Assembly (NCBI GenBank): GCA_045863395.1
Contig: BTVJ01000064.1
Location: forward strand, 1 to 41,294
Reading direction: 5' to 3'
DNA: 41,294 bases
DNA from: Myxococcales bacterium
GTDB lineage: Bacteria > Myxococcota_A > UBA9042 > JABWCM01 > BTVJ01
Each line of letters starts with the position of its first letter. Position 1 is the first letter of the stretch. Shown in pieces: positions 1 through 8,577 of the stretch. The translations under genes and the position numbers were made by a program. The notes below the pieces were generated by a model. It did not search any database, had not been told where the DNA came from, and saw only the letters and a list, made by a program, of their open reading frames with translations.

Positions 1-151
1 CACAAATGATGATGCAATCCGGAGGGTCGAGGCGCCCCGCCAGGCGCTCGGGCCAGGCGCAGGAATACTCAGGGTAATTCAAGCTTGGGCCGGGCGTCTG
101 GCGGGGATGGATCGGCCCTCCCGGTTGCATCATCATTTCGGCGACGCCCTA

Positions 152-1252
152 CTAGGGCACCAGATGGATCATCACCGTCGCCTTGACCTCGAACGGCGTC
201 ATGCTGTCCTCGGTCACGACCTTGCCCTTGGCGCTCACCGTGAGCGTGTAGTCTCCCGGCGGGAAGGGGTCGCCCTTCGGGTTGCCGAAGTCCGACGGAC
301 CGAACCACTCGCGGCCGTCCCACGAGAAGGTGCCCGGCCAGCTCCCCGGTGAGAGCGTCTTCGGTGTCTCATCTGGCCCCTGGCACAGGCCCGAGTCACA
401 CAGGCAGTAGTACACGTCCCCTCCGGCGAGGCGCTCGAACGTGATCAGGCCGCTCGGTCCGGGCTGGTCACACTGGCCCCCGTCCTGGGGCAGTGCGATG
501 ACGCCCCCCAGCGGCTCCGTGATCGTGACGGTGTAGGGGATGGAGATGCCCGCGGCAGCCTCCGCCAGCGTGAAGGTGCAGTCGATGGCGCCGATGGTGA
601 TGGACGCTCCGTCGAGACCAGACTCGCTCGTGGGCTCGCAGGCCTGCGCCACCTTCTCGCACACCACGTGCTCCGCCTCACAGGAACAGGCGCAGCCGGC
701 CGTCGGGGGCGAGTCGGTCCAGCCGGCGCAGGTCAGGCACATGGTCTGGTGGCACTCTGCGAAGGCGGCCGCGTCGGGCGCGCACGCCCAGCCCTGGTCG
801 GTGCAGATCTCGCCGGGCGCCTTCTCTCCCCAGCAGGTGAACGGAGGGCAGTCCGTGCGGAGGACGCCCTCCTCGCAGACCCAGGCGCCCCCCTCGCAGA
901 TCGCCGGGCCGTAGAAGACGTCACCGCCGCAGCTCGGCGCGCACAGGGGCGCGACGCCCTCACAGGAGTGCGCGGTGTCGCCGGCGTCTGGCGTCGGGGC
1001 GTCGCCGGCGTCCTGCGGGCCAGCATCTCCCGGTCCTGCGTCAGACGCGACGGTGTCGCCGGGCCCCGCGTCATCCAAGGTGTCGAGGGACGCCGTATCT
1101 CCCCCGTCCGTCGTGGAATCTGCGCCGGCGGTGTCCGCGGAGGTCGTGTCCTGCCCCGCGCCCGTGTCGGTCACTCCCGCGCCCTGGTCCGCGTCGTCGG
1201 CGCACCCGGTGAGCGCCGCGAGCAGCGCAGCGCTGAGGATCCATCTCTTCAT
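152..1252 (-). CDS. Cys-rich lipoprotein of unknown function (myxobacterial type)
   Basis: Signal peptide with lipobox LTG-C (MKRWILSAALLAALTGC), then a D/A/G/T-rich linker, Cys-rich modules and a beta-rich C-terminal domain. Confidence 0.8.
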   Translation of the reverse strand: MKRWILSAALLAALTGCADDADQGAGVTDTGAGQDTTSADTAGADSTTDGGDTASLDTLDDAGPGDTVASDAGPGDAGPQDAGDAPTPDAGDTAHSCEGVAPLCAPSCGGDVFYGPAICEGGAWVCEEGVLRTDCPPFTCWGEKAPGEICTDQGWACAPDAAAFAECHQTMCLTCAGWTDSPPTAGCACSCEAEHVVCEKVAQACEPTSESGLDGASITIGAIDCTFTLAEAAAGISIPYTVTITEPLGGVIALPQDGGQCDQPGPSGLITFERLAGGDVYYCLCDSGLCQGPDETPKTLSPGSWPGTFSWDGREWFGPSDFGNPKGDPFPPGDYTLTVSAKGKVVTEDSMTPFEVKATVMIHLVP

Positions 1253-1360
1253 GGGGTTGCTCCTGTGCGGACGCCCGACCGCCTCCGATGCTACGCCCGG
1301 GGTGCAGGTCGTTGCAAGGCCGGCGCCGCTCCGCTAGCCTGCGGCTCTCACGGAGGTCCC

Positions 1361-2806
1361 ATGTCCACGAGGCTCCTGATCACCGGTCCCGACCACGCAT
1401 CCACCGCCCCGAGCCGTGTCCTCATCGGCACGCGCACCGCTCTGCGGTCGAGCACCGCCCGCGAGCGCCTGGGCGGCGCGCTCAGCCCCGAGCTCCTCGA
1501 TGCCATGGTGTCGTCTCTGTCCCCCGACGAGGACGCAGACGCCACCTCGACCTGGGTCTCCGACGGGGGGGCGCGACGCGTCGCCGTCTGCGCCCTCGAC
1601 GACCGGGTCTCCCGTGCCAACGCCGCGTCGCGACCCTATGCGCTGCTTGCTGCTCTGCGAAAGGGGGTCCCGGGCGCTGGCGACGTGACGGTGGACGTGC
1701 TGCTGGACGACGGGAGCCACGCCCTCGCCGCGGCCGTCGCCGCGGGGCGTGCCTTCCCCAGATACCGCCGCCGCAGCGGCCCGGACGTCGAGCGCACGGT
1801 GACCGTTCGCCTCGTGCCCCTCGCGGGCGCCCTGGAGGACGTGACGACGGCCCAGATCGTGGCCAACGCGGTGCGGCACGCCGCAGACCTGGTCGACCGC
1901 CCCACGTCGGAGCTCCACACGGACGCCCTGGTGGCCGAGGCGCGGGAGGTGGCCGCCCGCGTCGGCGCCACGGTCCAGGTGCTACAGGGCGAGGAGCTGG
2001 TCCGCCAGGGTCTGGGCGGTCTGGTCGGGGTCGGCAAGGCCGCAGAGCACGGGCCCGCGCTGGTCGTGCTCACCCACGCCCCCGAGGGCGCCACGCGCAC
2101 CTGGGCGTGGGTCGGCAAGGGCATCGTGTACGACACGGGCGGCCTGTCCATGAAGGGCAAGACCGACATGCCCGGCATGAAGACGGACATGGGCGGGGCC
2201 GCGGCCGTGCTCTGCGCCTTCGAAGCCGCGGCCCGGGTCAGCGGGTCGGCCCGCATCCACGCCGTGCTCTGCCTCGCCGAGAACTCCGTGGGTCCGCACG
2301 CCACCCGGCCCGACGACGTCCTGACCCTCTACTCGGGCCGCACCGTCGAGGTGAACAACACCGACGCGGAGGGCCGCCTCGTGCTCGCGGACGGCGTCGC
2401 GTGGGCGGCCCGCCACCTGGCCCCCGACGCAATCGTGGACATGGCGACCCTCACCGGCGCCCAGCTCATGGCCACGGGGCGGCGCCACGCCGCCGTCGTG
2501 TGCAACGACGACGAGCTGGAGGCGGCGGTGGTGCGGGCCGGTCGCCTCTCGGGGGATCTGGTGGCCCCCCTGCCCTACTGCCCGGAGTTCTACGTCCGGG
2601 AGTTCCGCAGCAAGATCGCCGACATGAAGAACTCGGTGAAGGACCGCATGAACGCCCAGAGCTCGTGCGCCGCCCAGTTCGTCGCGGAGCACCTCGGCGG
2701 GTACAAGGGTCCGTGGCTCCACGTGGACATGGCGGGCCCGGTACGGGATGGTGAGCGTGCCACCGGCTGGGGCGTCGGCCTGCTGGTCGCTCTGCTGCGT
2801 AGCTGA
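1361..2806 (+). CDS. M17 leucyl aminopeptidase family protein (NPEPL1-like)
   Basis: Motifs VGKGIVYDTGG, MKTDMGGAA, NNTDAEGRL and DMATLTGA. Start ATG 1361 follows GGAGG; the ORF track's longer N-terminus overlaps the upstream gene. Confidence 0.93.
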   Translation: MSTRLLITGPDHASTAPSRVLIGTRTALRSSTARERLGGALSPELLDAMVSSLSPDEDADATSTWVSDGGARRVAVCALDDRVSRANAASRPYALLAALRKGVPGAGDVTVDVLLDDGSHALAAAVAAGRAFPRYRRRSGPDVERTVTVRLVPLAGALEDVTTAQIVANAVRHAADLVDRPTSELHTDALVAEAREVAARVGATVQVLQGEELVRQGLGGLVGVGKAAEHGPALVVLTHAPEGATRTWAWVGKGIVYDTGGLSMKGKTDMPGMKTDMGGAAAVLCAFEAAARVSGSARIHAVLCLAENSVGPHATRPDDVLTLYSGRTVEVNNTDAEGRLVLADGVAWAARHLAPDAIVDMATLTGAQLMATGRRHAAVVCNDDELEAAVVRAGRLSGDLVAPLPYCPEFYVREFRSKIADMKNSVKDRMNAQSSCAAQFVAEHLGGYKGPWLHVDMAGPVRDGERATGWGVGLLVALLRS

Positions 2807-2807
2807 G

Positions 2808-3458
2808 TCAGGGCTCGTCGTACTCGCTGACCGGGCGCGACGGACCTGGCCTCCCCGCTCCCAACGTGCTCCCGCGCCCCTTGCGGCTGGGCGACCCGCT
2901 CGACAGCTTGCGGTCCGCGTGCGGATTGTCGCTTCGGGCGACGGACCCGCTGTGGCCCTGGCCGAAGGCCGCTTCGGTGACCGGGTGGTTGCTTCCGGGC
3001 CTGCCAGTCGCCAGGGTGCTGCCCCGCACCGCGACCGGGGCCTCCCGCGGGTGGACGTAGCGCGCCGGGCCGCGCATGGTCGGGCGGTCGACGCGGAGCA
3101 GCGCCGCCACGTCGTCCGGCAGCCGGGCACGGAGGAAGTCCGTCACGTCGTCGCTCATGGCCCGGGCCAGCCCCTCGCAGACCACCTGTGTCTGCTCCAG
3201 CGCGGCGCCGACGGGCACGCCAGCTCCGATGGCCACGCGGAGCACCAGATCGTCCAGCGGGAACGCCTGATGGGGCTCATCCTGGTTCAGCGCCCCCGCC
3301 AACGAGCCCGGCAGCAGCCCCGCCATGGCCAGCCGATCATGGGGCGTCAGCAGGGCCCCCAGGTGGGTGACCACGTTCTCGGAGACGGCGCGGGCCTCCT
3401 CCTCCGAGCGCAGCCCCGCGTGATCCAGAACGTGTTGCAGCAGCAATGTGTACTCCAC
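2808..3458 (-). CDS. DUF2267-like protein with low-complexity C-terminal tail
   Basis: Two helical repeats of the DUF2267 type (EEARAVSENVVTHLGALL...LAGLLP; QVVCEGLARAMSDDVTDFLRARLPDD). GTG start at 3458 follows GGAGG. Confidence 0.7.
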   Translation of the reverse strand: MEYTLLLQHVLDHAGLRSEEEARAVSENVVTHLGALLTPHDRLAMAGLLPGSLAGALNQDEPHQAFPLDDLVLRVAIGAGVPVGAALEQTQVVCEGLARAMSDDVTDFLRARLPDDVAALLRVDRPTMRGPARYVHPREAPVAVRGSTLATGRPGSNHPVTEAAFGQGHSGSVARSDNPHADRKLSSGSPSRKGRGSTLGAGRPGPSRPVSEYDEP

Positions 3459-3674
3459 GGTCGCCTCCGGCGGTGTACGGCGCCCCCATCTCACAAGTCA
3501 GACGCCCTCGCGCTCCCGTCAAGGGCGGCGACGGTTTCATCGCCCGCGGCGCATGGAGCGCGCGCGTGCGCGGCCCGGCATGGACTCCTTCCTCCCCGTG
3601 GTGGGCGGGTGTATCGTGGGCGCCGGGCCGCGGCCCTGGCGGAGCAAGCGGCCCCGGCGATCACGGAGGACATC

Positions 3675-5687
3675 ATGCAGAGGCTGGCGGTGACCCTGGT
3701 CGCGCTCGTGGCGCTCGTGGGGTGCGGGACCGATCCGCAGGTGACCATTGCGAACGACGGCAGCGGCGGGAGTCCCTATGGGGGCAACGACGGGGGGGTC
3801 GAGACCGGCCTCGACACCGCGGACTTCGAGGCGGGGGACGCCAGCGCGCTGGAGGACGCGGCGGGATCGGGCGACGGCGGGTCCGTCGATGCGGGCACGG
3901 GGGACGCGGGGAAGGAGGACGCCGGGGCCACTACGACGGATGCCGCCCAGGACACCGGCGCAGCGACGAACGATGCGGGTGTGGACGCCGCCCCCGACGC
4001 GCCACAGGACGCCCAGGACGCCCCGGCGCCGTGGTGCGGTGACGGGACCTGCGACGCCGGCGAGGCGTGCGGGGACTGCGCCACGGACTGCGGTGTGTGC
4101 CCCGACCCGTGCGGCGACGGGGCCTGCGACACCGGCGCCGGCGAGGGCTGCGCCACGTGCCCGAAAGACTGCGGTGCGTGCCCCGACCCGTGCGGCGACG
4201 GGACCTGCGACGCCGCCAAGGGCGAGACGTGCGCTACCTGCGCGCCGGACTGCGGAGCCTGCCCCATCCCGTGCGGTGACGGGACCTGCGCGCCGAGCGA
4301 GTCCTGCGTGACCTGCGTGGCCGACTGCGGGGCGTGTCCCTCTCCGTGCGGGGATGGCTCGTGCAAGGGCACGGACGGCGAGACGTGCTCCACCTGCCCC
4401 GCCGACTGTGGCGCCTGCCCCAAGTGCGGTGACGGCACCTGCAACCCGGGCGAGACCTGCGGGAGCTGCCCCGGCGACTGCGGCGCATGCCCGCCGGAGT
4501 GCGGCGACGGCGCCTGCGACGCCGCCGAGTCCTGCTCGTCGTGCCCCGGTGATTGCGGGACATGCGTGCCCACCTGCGGAGACGGCGCATGCAATGGGGC
4601 CGAGGCCTGCGACTCGTGCCCCGGGGACTGCGGCGCCTGCCCGCCCAAGTGCGGCGACGGCCAGTGCAACGGGGAGGAGTCCTGCGCGAGCTGCACCGGA
4701 GACTGTGGCCCCTGCGCCGCGACCTGCGGCGACGCGAGCTGCTCCCCGGACGAGGGCTGCCAGAGCTGCCCGCAGGACTGCGGCGCCTGCCCACCTGCCA
4801 TCGTGTTCCAGGACGACTGGAAGGAGGTGCTGACGGGGGCGCCCGCCCAAGGCGGCTTCCTGCGCATCGCCTACGACATCGACCGCCTGCCGGAGTGCCG
4901 CGGGGTGAAGAGCGGCCTCCCTGCCTGGACCGTCGAGGTCTTCTACACCTGGGACCTGAGCCAGCCGGCGGCCAAGGTGCCGGTCATCGCCGTCAACGGG
5001 CAGACGGGCCAGGTGGAGGTGGTGGAGCCCACCATCCCGGTCCCGCCTGGCGCCACGGACATCTGGCTCTGGGCGCACAACGTGGACGTCCTGGGCTGCG
5101 AGACGTGGGACTCGGACTTCGAGAACAACTACCGCTTCCCCGTCTTCGAGAAGGCCGCCCTGGCGCAGCCCGTGGGGTGGGCCGGCAACTTCCACATGGT
5201 GGAGTCCACCAACGGGGCCAACGCCTTCCTCGGCGACGTCGACCCTGCGTGGTACTTCGCCACCATGGCGGGCGAGGGCAAGACGACGTGGGTGCAGACG
5301 GAGGTCTGGGTGCCCGGCATCACGGACCGGACCTACCAGAACGCAGACGTGACGGCGCAGGTGGCGGCGGTGGCGGTGGTGGCCATCGTGCGCACGGACG
5401 CCACCGCGGGAGGGACCCCAGGGGGCGCCATGGTGGAGGTGCCGCTCCAGTACGTGGGCAAGGCGGGCAACAACTTCGTGTACCGCTGGGCGCCGGCCTC
5501 GCTGGTGGGGACCGTCCCGTTGGTGCCGAACGGGGCCTACCGCTATCGCTTCGAGCTGCGCACCCCAGGGGGGGAGGTCACGGGCATCGGGAAGCCCGGC
5601 GCCAACGACGACCCGCGGCGCTACGTTCTCGCGACCTTCGCCGACTGCACCCTGTTCCCGTACGACCCTCCCGGCTTCTGCCAGTAG
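3675..5687 (+). CDS. Lipoprotein with 10 Cys-rich CGDGxC repeats and a DUF6209-like C-terminal region
   Basis: GGAGGA then ATG 3675; lipobox LVG-C; D/A/G-rich linker; 10 repeats; then FQDDW...LRIAYDIDRLPECRG...WDSDFENNYRF. Confidence 0.8.
   Translation: MQRLAVTLVALVALVGCGTDPQVTIANDGSGGSPYGGNDGGVETGLDTADFEAGDASALEDAAGSGDGGSVDAGTGDAGKEDAGATTTDAAQDTGAATNDAGVDAAPDAPQDAQDAPAPWCGDGTCDAGEACGDCATDCGVCPDPCGDGACDTGAGEGCATCPKDCGACPDPCGDGTCDAAKGETCATCAPDCGACPIPCGDGTCAPSESCVTCVADCGACPSPCGDGSCKGTDGETCSTCPADCGACPKCGDGTCNPGETCGSCPGDCGACPPECGDGACDAAESCSSCPGDCGTCVPTCGDGACNGAEACDSCPGDCGACPPKCGDGQCNGEESCASCTGDCGPCAATCGDASCSPDEGCQSCPQDCGACPPAIVFQDDWKEVLTGAPAQGGFLRIAYDIDRLPECRGVKSGLPAWTVEVFYTWDLSQPAAKVPVIAVNGQTGQVEVVEPTIPVPPGATDIWLWAHNVDVLGCETWDSDFENNYRFPVFEKAALAQPVGWAGNFHMVESTNGANAFLGDVDPAWYFATMAGEGKTTWVQTEVWVPGITDRTYQNADVTAQVAAVAVVAIVRTDATAGGTPGGAMVEVPLQYVGKAGNNFVYRWAPASLVGTVPLVPNGAYRYRFELRTPGGEVTGIGKPGANDDPRRYVLATFADCTLFPYDPPGFCQ
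4035..4790 (+). repeat. Intragenic tandem repeat: 10 x CGDGxC..E.C..C..DCG.C (about 25-27 aa each)
   Basis: Counted directly in the translation of 3675..5687. Confidence 0.9.
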
Positions 5688-5689
5688 GC

Positions 5690-6766
5690 TCACGCCAGAT
5701 TCAGCGCTCGTGCCGACAGCGCGGCGCCGAGGGCGCGGCCCGCCTCGGTCAGGCCATCGGCGCTGGCGACGATTCGCACTGCCGCACGGTTGGCGTCCCG
5801 CAGCACCTGGAGCCGCTGCGCCGCGGGCTGCGACCAAGGACCGCCGGCGAGGGAGGCCAGCCACTCCATGACGCGCACCCAGGCGTGCAGGCCCATGAGC
5901 ACCGTGCGGATCGGGCGCGGGTCGGGGCGCCAGGGGACGGCGTAGCGCGGGGTGTCTGGAGACTGGGCGAAGGGGTGCGCGTCCTCCGCCAGGTAGTACT
6001 TCAGGTGGCTGGCCTCGTGGACCAGGGTCTCCGCCACGACGAGGGGCCGGTCGCACGGAGAGAGCCAGATGGCGCTGCGCACGTCGGGGATGCTGGCCGA
6101 GCGGCTGACCCCCGGCTCCGCGGCGATGGGCAGGAGCGCGGGGGCCAGCGCCGCGGCCTCGGCCAGGACCGCTGGGGCCGTGGTGGCAAGGATCTCGGCG
6201 CCAGGGGCGAAGGAGCGAGTCGCGGCGGTCGACGCCAGTGGCCGGAAGCGCGGCATGCGCCCCTCGTCGTCGCCGGCACCGATGACGGAGAAGGGGCCCG
6301 CCTGGACGGAGGGAAGCGCGCTGGTGAGGAGGACCCCACCGCGGACCTGCACCGGGACGGCCGCCGAGCCATGGAGCACGCGGCCATCCACCGGGATGCG
6401 CGCACGCCCGCGGGGGCCAAGGGGAATGACGAGCTCCGCGTCGAGGCCGTCGAGGAGGGCCACCGCCAGCTCGAAGCGCGGCGCCAGCTCGCAGTGGCGC
6501 GCCTCTGCCCCGGTCCATCGGGCGAGGGCCGGGTCCAGGCACAGGGCCAGGCGGGCGCGGGGGCTCGCCGCGAGCACGGCCCGGGCAGCCGAGACGAGGG
6601 CGCGGCGGGGTCCCGGCGGGCTGCCGGGGGCGACCTGGCGGACCGTTTGGCTGAAGCGCCGGAGGAGCTGCGGGACCCACCGCGCCGCGACAAGCGCCTC
6701 CACGTCGTCAGGGGTCCAGCAGCCGAGCGCCTCCACCGCGCCCGGGTGGTCGGTCAGCGGATCCAT
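5690..6766 (-). CDS. HEXXH-motif protein (aKG-HExxH peptide beta-hydroxylase family)
   Basis: AETLVHEASHLKY and YAVPWRPDPRPIRTVLMGLHAW supply the HExxH and PWRxDxRP signatures. Confidence 0.85.
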   Translation of the reverse strand: MDPLTDHPGAVEALGCWTPDDVEALVAARWVPQLLRRFSQTVRQVAPGSPPGPRRALVSAARAVLAASPRARLALCLDPALARWTGAEARHCELAPRFELAVALLDGLDAELVIPLGPRGRARIPVDGRVLHGSAAVPVQVRGGVLLTSALPSVQAGPFSVIGAGDDEGRMPRFRPLASTAATRSFAPGAEILATTAPAVLAEAAALAPALLPIAAEPGVSRSASIPDVRSAIWLSPCDRPLVVAETLVHEASHLKYYLAEDAHPFAQSPDTPRYAVPWRPDPRPIRTVLMGLHAWVRVMEWLASLAGGPWSQPAAQRLQVLRDANRAAVRIVASADGLTEAGRALGAALSARALNLA

Positions 6767-7713
6767 CGCCGCCCGAGCAGCACCACGCCGAGGCCCAGCA
6801 GGATCGCGGCCGCCAGCGCCCAGGGCACTCCGGGGGCGTAGCGCGTGTGCAGGGCCAGCAGCGGAGTTGGGGCGACCTCCAGCAGCAGGAGGCGCCGGCC
6901 GGAGAGAACCTCCGAGCGACCGGGCAGCAGGAACACCCTCTGACCGTCAGGGGTGTTCACGATGGCCGTCGGCGCGTCCCCCCAGTGCCCCCGCCGATGG
7001 ACTGCCAGCACCGCGAGGCGCAGGTCACCGAGGGCGCAGTCTCCACCGGCCACGGCGACGCAGGAGGACCGCCCATCCGTGATGGTGGCGGCGAGGGCCT
7101 GGCGTGCCCAGCTCGCCAGGAGGCGCACGGTGGACGAGCCGCTCCACAATGGCTGGTTGTAGCCGACGGTGACCGCCCGGGTGCCGTCCGCGTCGCGCAC
7201 CTCCACGTGCCCGAGGACCCTCCGGGGCATGCCGCCGGGCCCCAGCTCCACGTCGACGCCAGAGACCCGCGCCTCGGTGCCGTCGGCGAGGGGCGCCCAG
7301 CCGTCGGTCAGCGCCACGACACCCTGATCCTGCGCCCAGAGCCCGTTGACGCCGTGGGCGACGAGGCTCACCAGGAAGGCGACGTGGAAGACGGCCGCGC
7401 CATAGTGGAACGGAGAGCGCATCCCGCTCCGCCACTTCCTCGCGACGCTGCTCCAGGTCGCCAGGGCCGTGTTGAGGGCGTAGAGGCCCATGACGGGCAC
7501 GAGCAGGTACAGCCACACATGGGTCGCGTCCGGCGCGTCGAAGAACGGGCGCAGCTCGTCGAGCTGGAGCCCTGCGGACGCTCCGTCGCGGGTGTTCGCG
7601 ATGACGACGGAGCCGATGGCGAGCAGCAGGACCGTCGCCTGCCCACAGAGCAGCCCGAGCCCTTGCGAGCGCAGCCACGCGAGGCGCCCCGTATCCTGCG
7701 GGTCAGAAGGCAT
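6754..7713 (-). CDS. ResB/Ccs1-like cytochrome c biogenesis membrane protein
   Basis: Three N-terminal TM helices with a His in the third (GAAVFHVAFL), a periplasmic region with YNQPL, and a C-terminal PGVPWAL TM helix. It overlaps the end of ccsA. Confidence 0.7.
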   Translation of the reverse strand: MPSDPQDTGRLAWLRSQGLGLLCGQATVLLLAIGSVVIANTRDGASAGLQLDELRPFFDAPDATHVWLYLLVPVMGLYALNTALATWSSVARKWRSGMRSPFHYGAAVFHVAFLVSLVAHGVNGLWAQDQGVVALTDGWAPLADGTEARVSGVDVELGPGGMPRRVLGHVEVRDADGTRAVTVGYNQPLWSGSSTVRLLASWARQALAATITDGRSSCVAVAGGDCALGDLRLAVLAVHRRGHWGDAPTAIVNTPDGQRVFLLPGRSEVLSGRRLLLLEVAPTPLLALHTRYAPGVPWALAAAILLGLGVVLLGRRWIR

Positions 7714-8503
7714 GGCTCGACCCGCCGAAGAAGAAGGACGTGCCGACGTATGCCACGAAGACCCACAGGAACCCGACCACGGCGAGGGCGGGCCGCACCC
7801 AGGGCCGCGTGCGCAGCGAGGGCGTGAGGCGCAGGTGGATGAAGCTCGCATAGTGGAACCACAGGATCACCGACCAGATGACCTTCGGGTCCCACAGGAA
7901 CCAGGCCCCCCAGGCGACGACCCCCCAGATCCCACCGAAGATCATCGAGACCGACCACAGCCCGAAGCCCTGCAGGGCCCACCGATCCACGCGCAGGAGC
8001 AGCCCCGGGTCTCGCCTGGCGGACCCGGGGGCAGCCCATGCGATGCCGGCCGCCGCCGCCGCCGTCCAGAGCGCATAGGCGGCGAAGGAGAGCGGCACGT
8101 GCAGCGGGTACCAGATGGTCACGAGGACCGGGATGGGGGCCCGCAGGTCCAAGGGGAAGGTCCACGCCGCCCAGATGAGCCCGAGCAGCGGAGCGCCCAT
8201 GGCGGCGACCCAGACCCGCGATGGGCGCCACGTGAAGACCGCCACCCACGCCATGGCCAGGGCCGCGCCGGAGAACGACTCCAGCTTGTTGTTGAGCGGG
8301 AACCACGCGACCTCGATGCCGCGCCCCACGGTCATGACGGTGTGGAGCAGCGCGCCAGCCGCGACGAGCCAGCGCCCCACGGGGGGGCGCGCCAACGCGA
8401 CGGCGACGGCGACGGTGTAGGCGACCAGCGACGCCAGGAACAGCCCGCTCAAGACGGGGTGGGCATCTGCAGCGAGGGTGGGATCCTGCATGGTGGGGGG
8501 CAT
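7703..8503 (-). CDS. ccsA: Cytochrome c biogenesis protein CcsA (system II)
   Basis: Trp-rich WWD motif GGIWGVVAWGAWFLWDPK, flanking His residues (LHVPL, FIHLR) and multiple TM helices. Confidence 0.9.
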   Translation of the reverse strand: MPPTMQDPTLAADAHPVLSGLFLASLVAYTVAVAVALARPPVGRWLVAAGALLHTVMTVGRGIEVAWFPLNNKLESFSGAALAMAWVAVFTWRPSRVWVAAMGAPLLGLIWAAWTFPLDLRAPIPVLVTIWYPLHVPLSFAAYALWTAAAAAGIAWAAPGSARRDPGLLLRVDRWALQGFGLWSVSMIFGGIWGVVAWGAWFLWDPKVIWSVILWFHYASFIHLRLTPSLRTRPWVRPALAVVGFLWVFVAYVGTSFFFGGSSHAF

Positions 8504-8506
8504 GGC

Positions 8507-8577
8507 GGGGTCAAGTATACTCAGATCTCATATCCTGGCACGCCCAAAAAATATGAGAACTGAGTATACTTGACCCC
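8507..8577. repeat. AT-rich 27-bp inverted repeat with 17-nt loop (hairpin; REP/MITE-like or terminator)
   Basis: GGGGTCAAGTATACTCAGATCTCATAT (8507-8533) pairs with ATATGAGAACTGAGTATACTTGACCCC (8551-8577) at 26 of 27 positions. Confidence 0.85.

Noticed and set aside
8535..8552. CTGGCACG as a sigma54 -24 element
   Set aside because: There is no TTGC -12 element at the correct spacing; it lies in the hairpin loop and faces away from ccsA.
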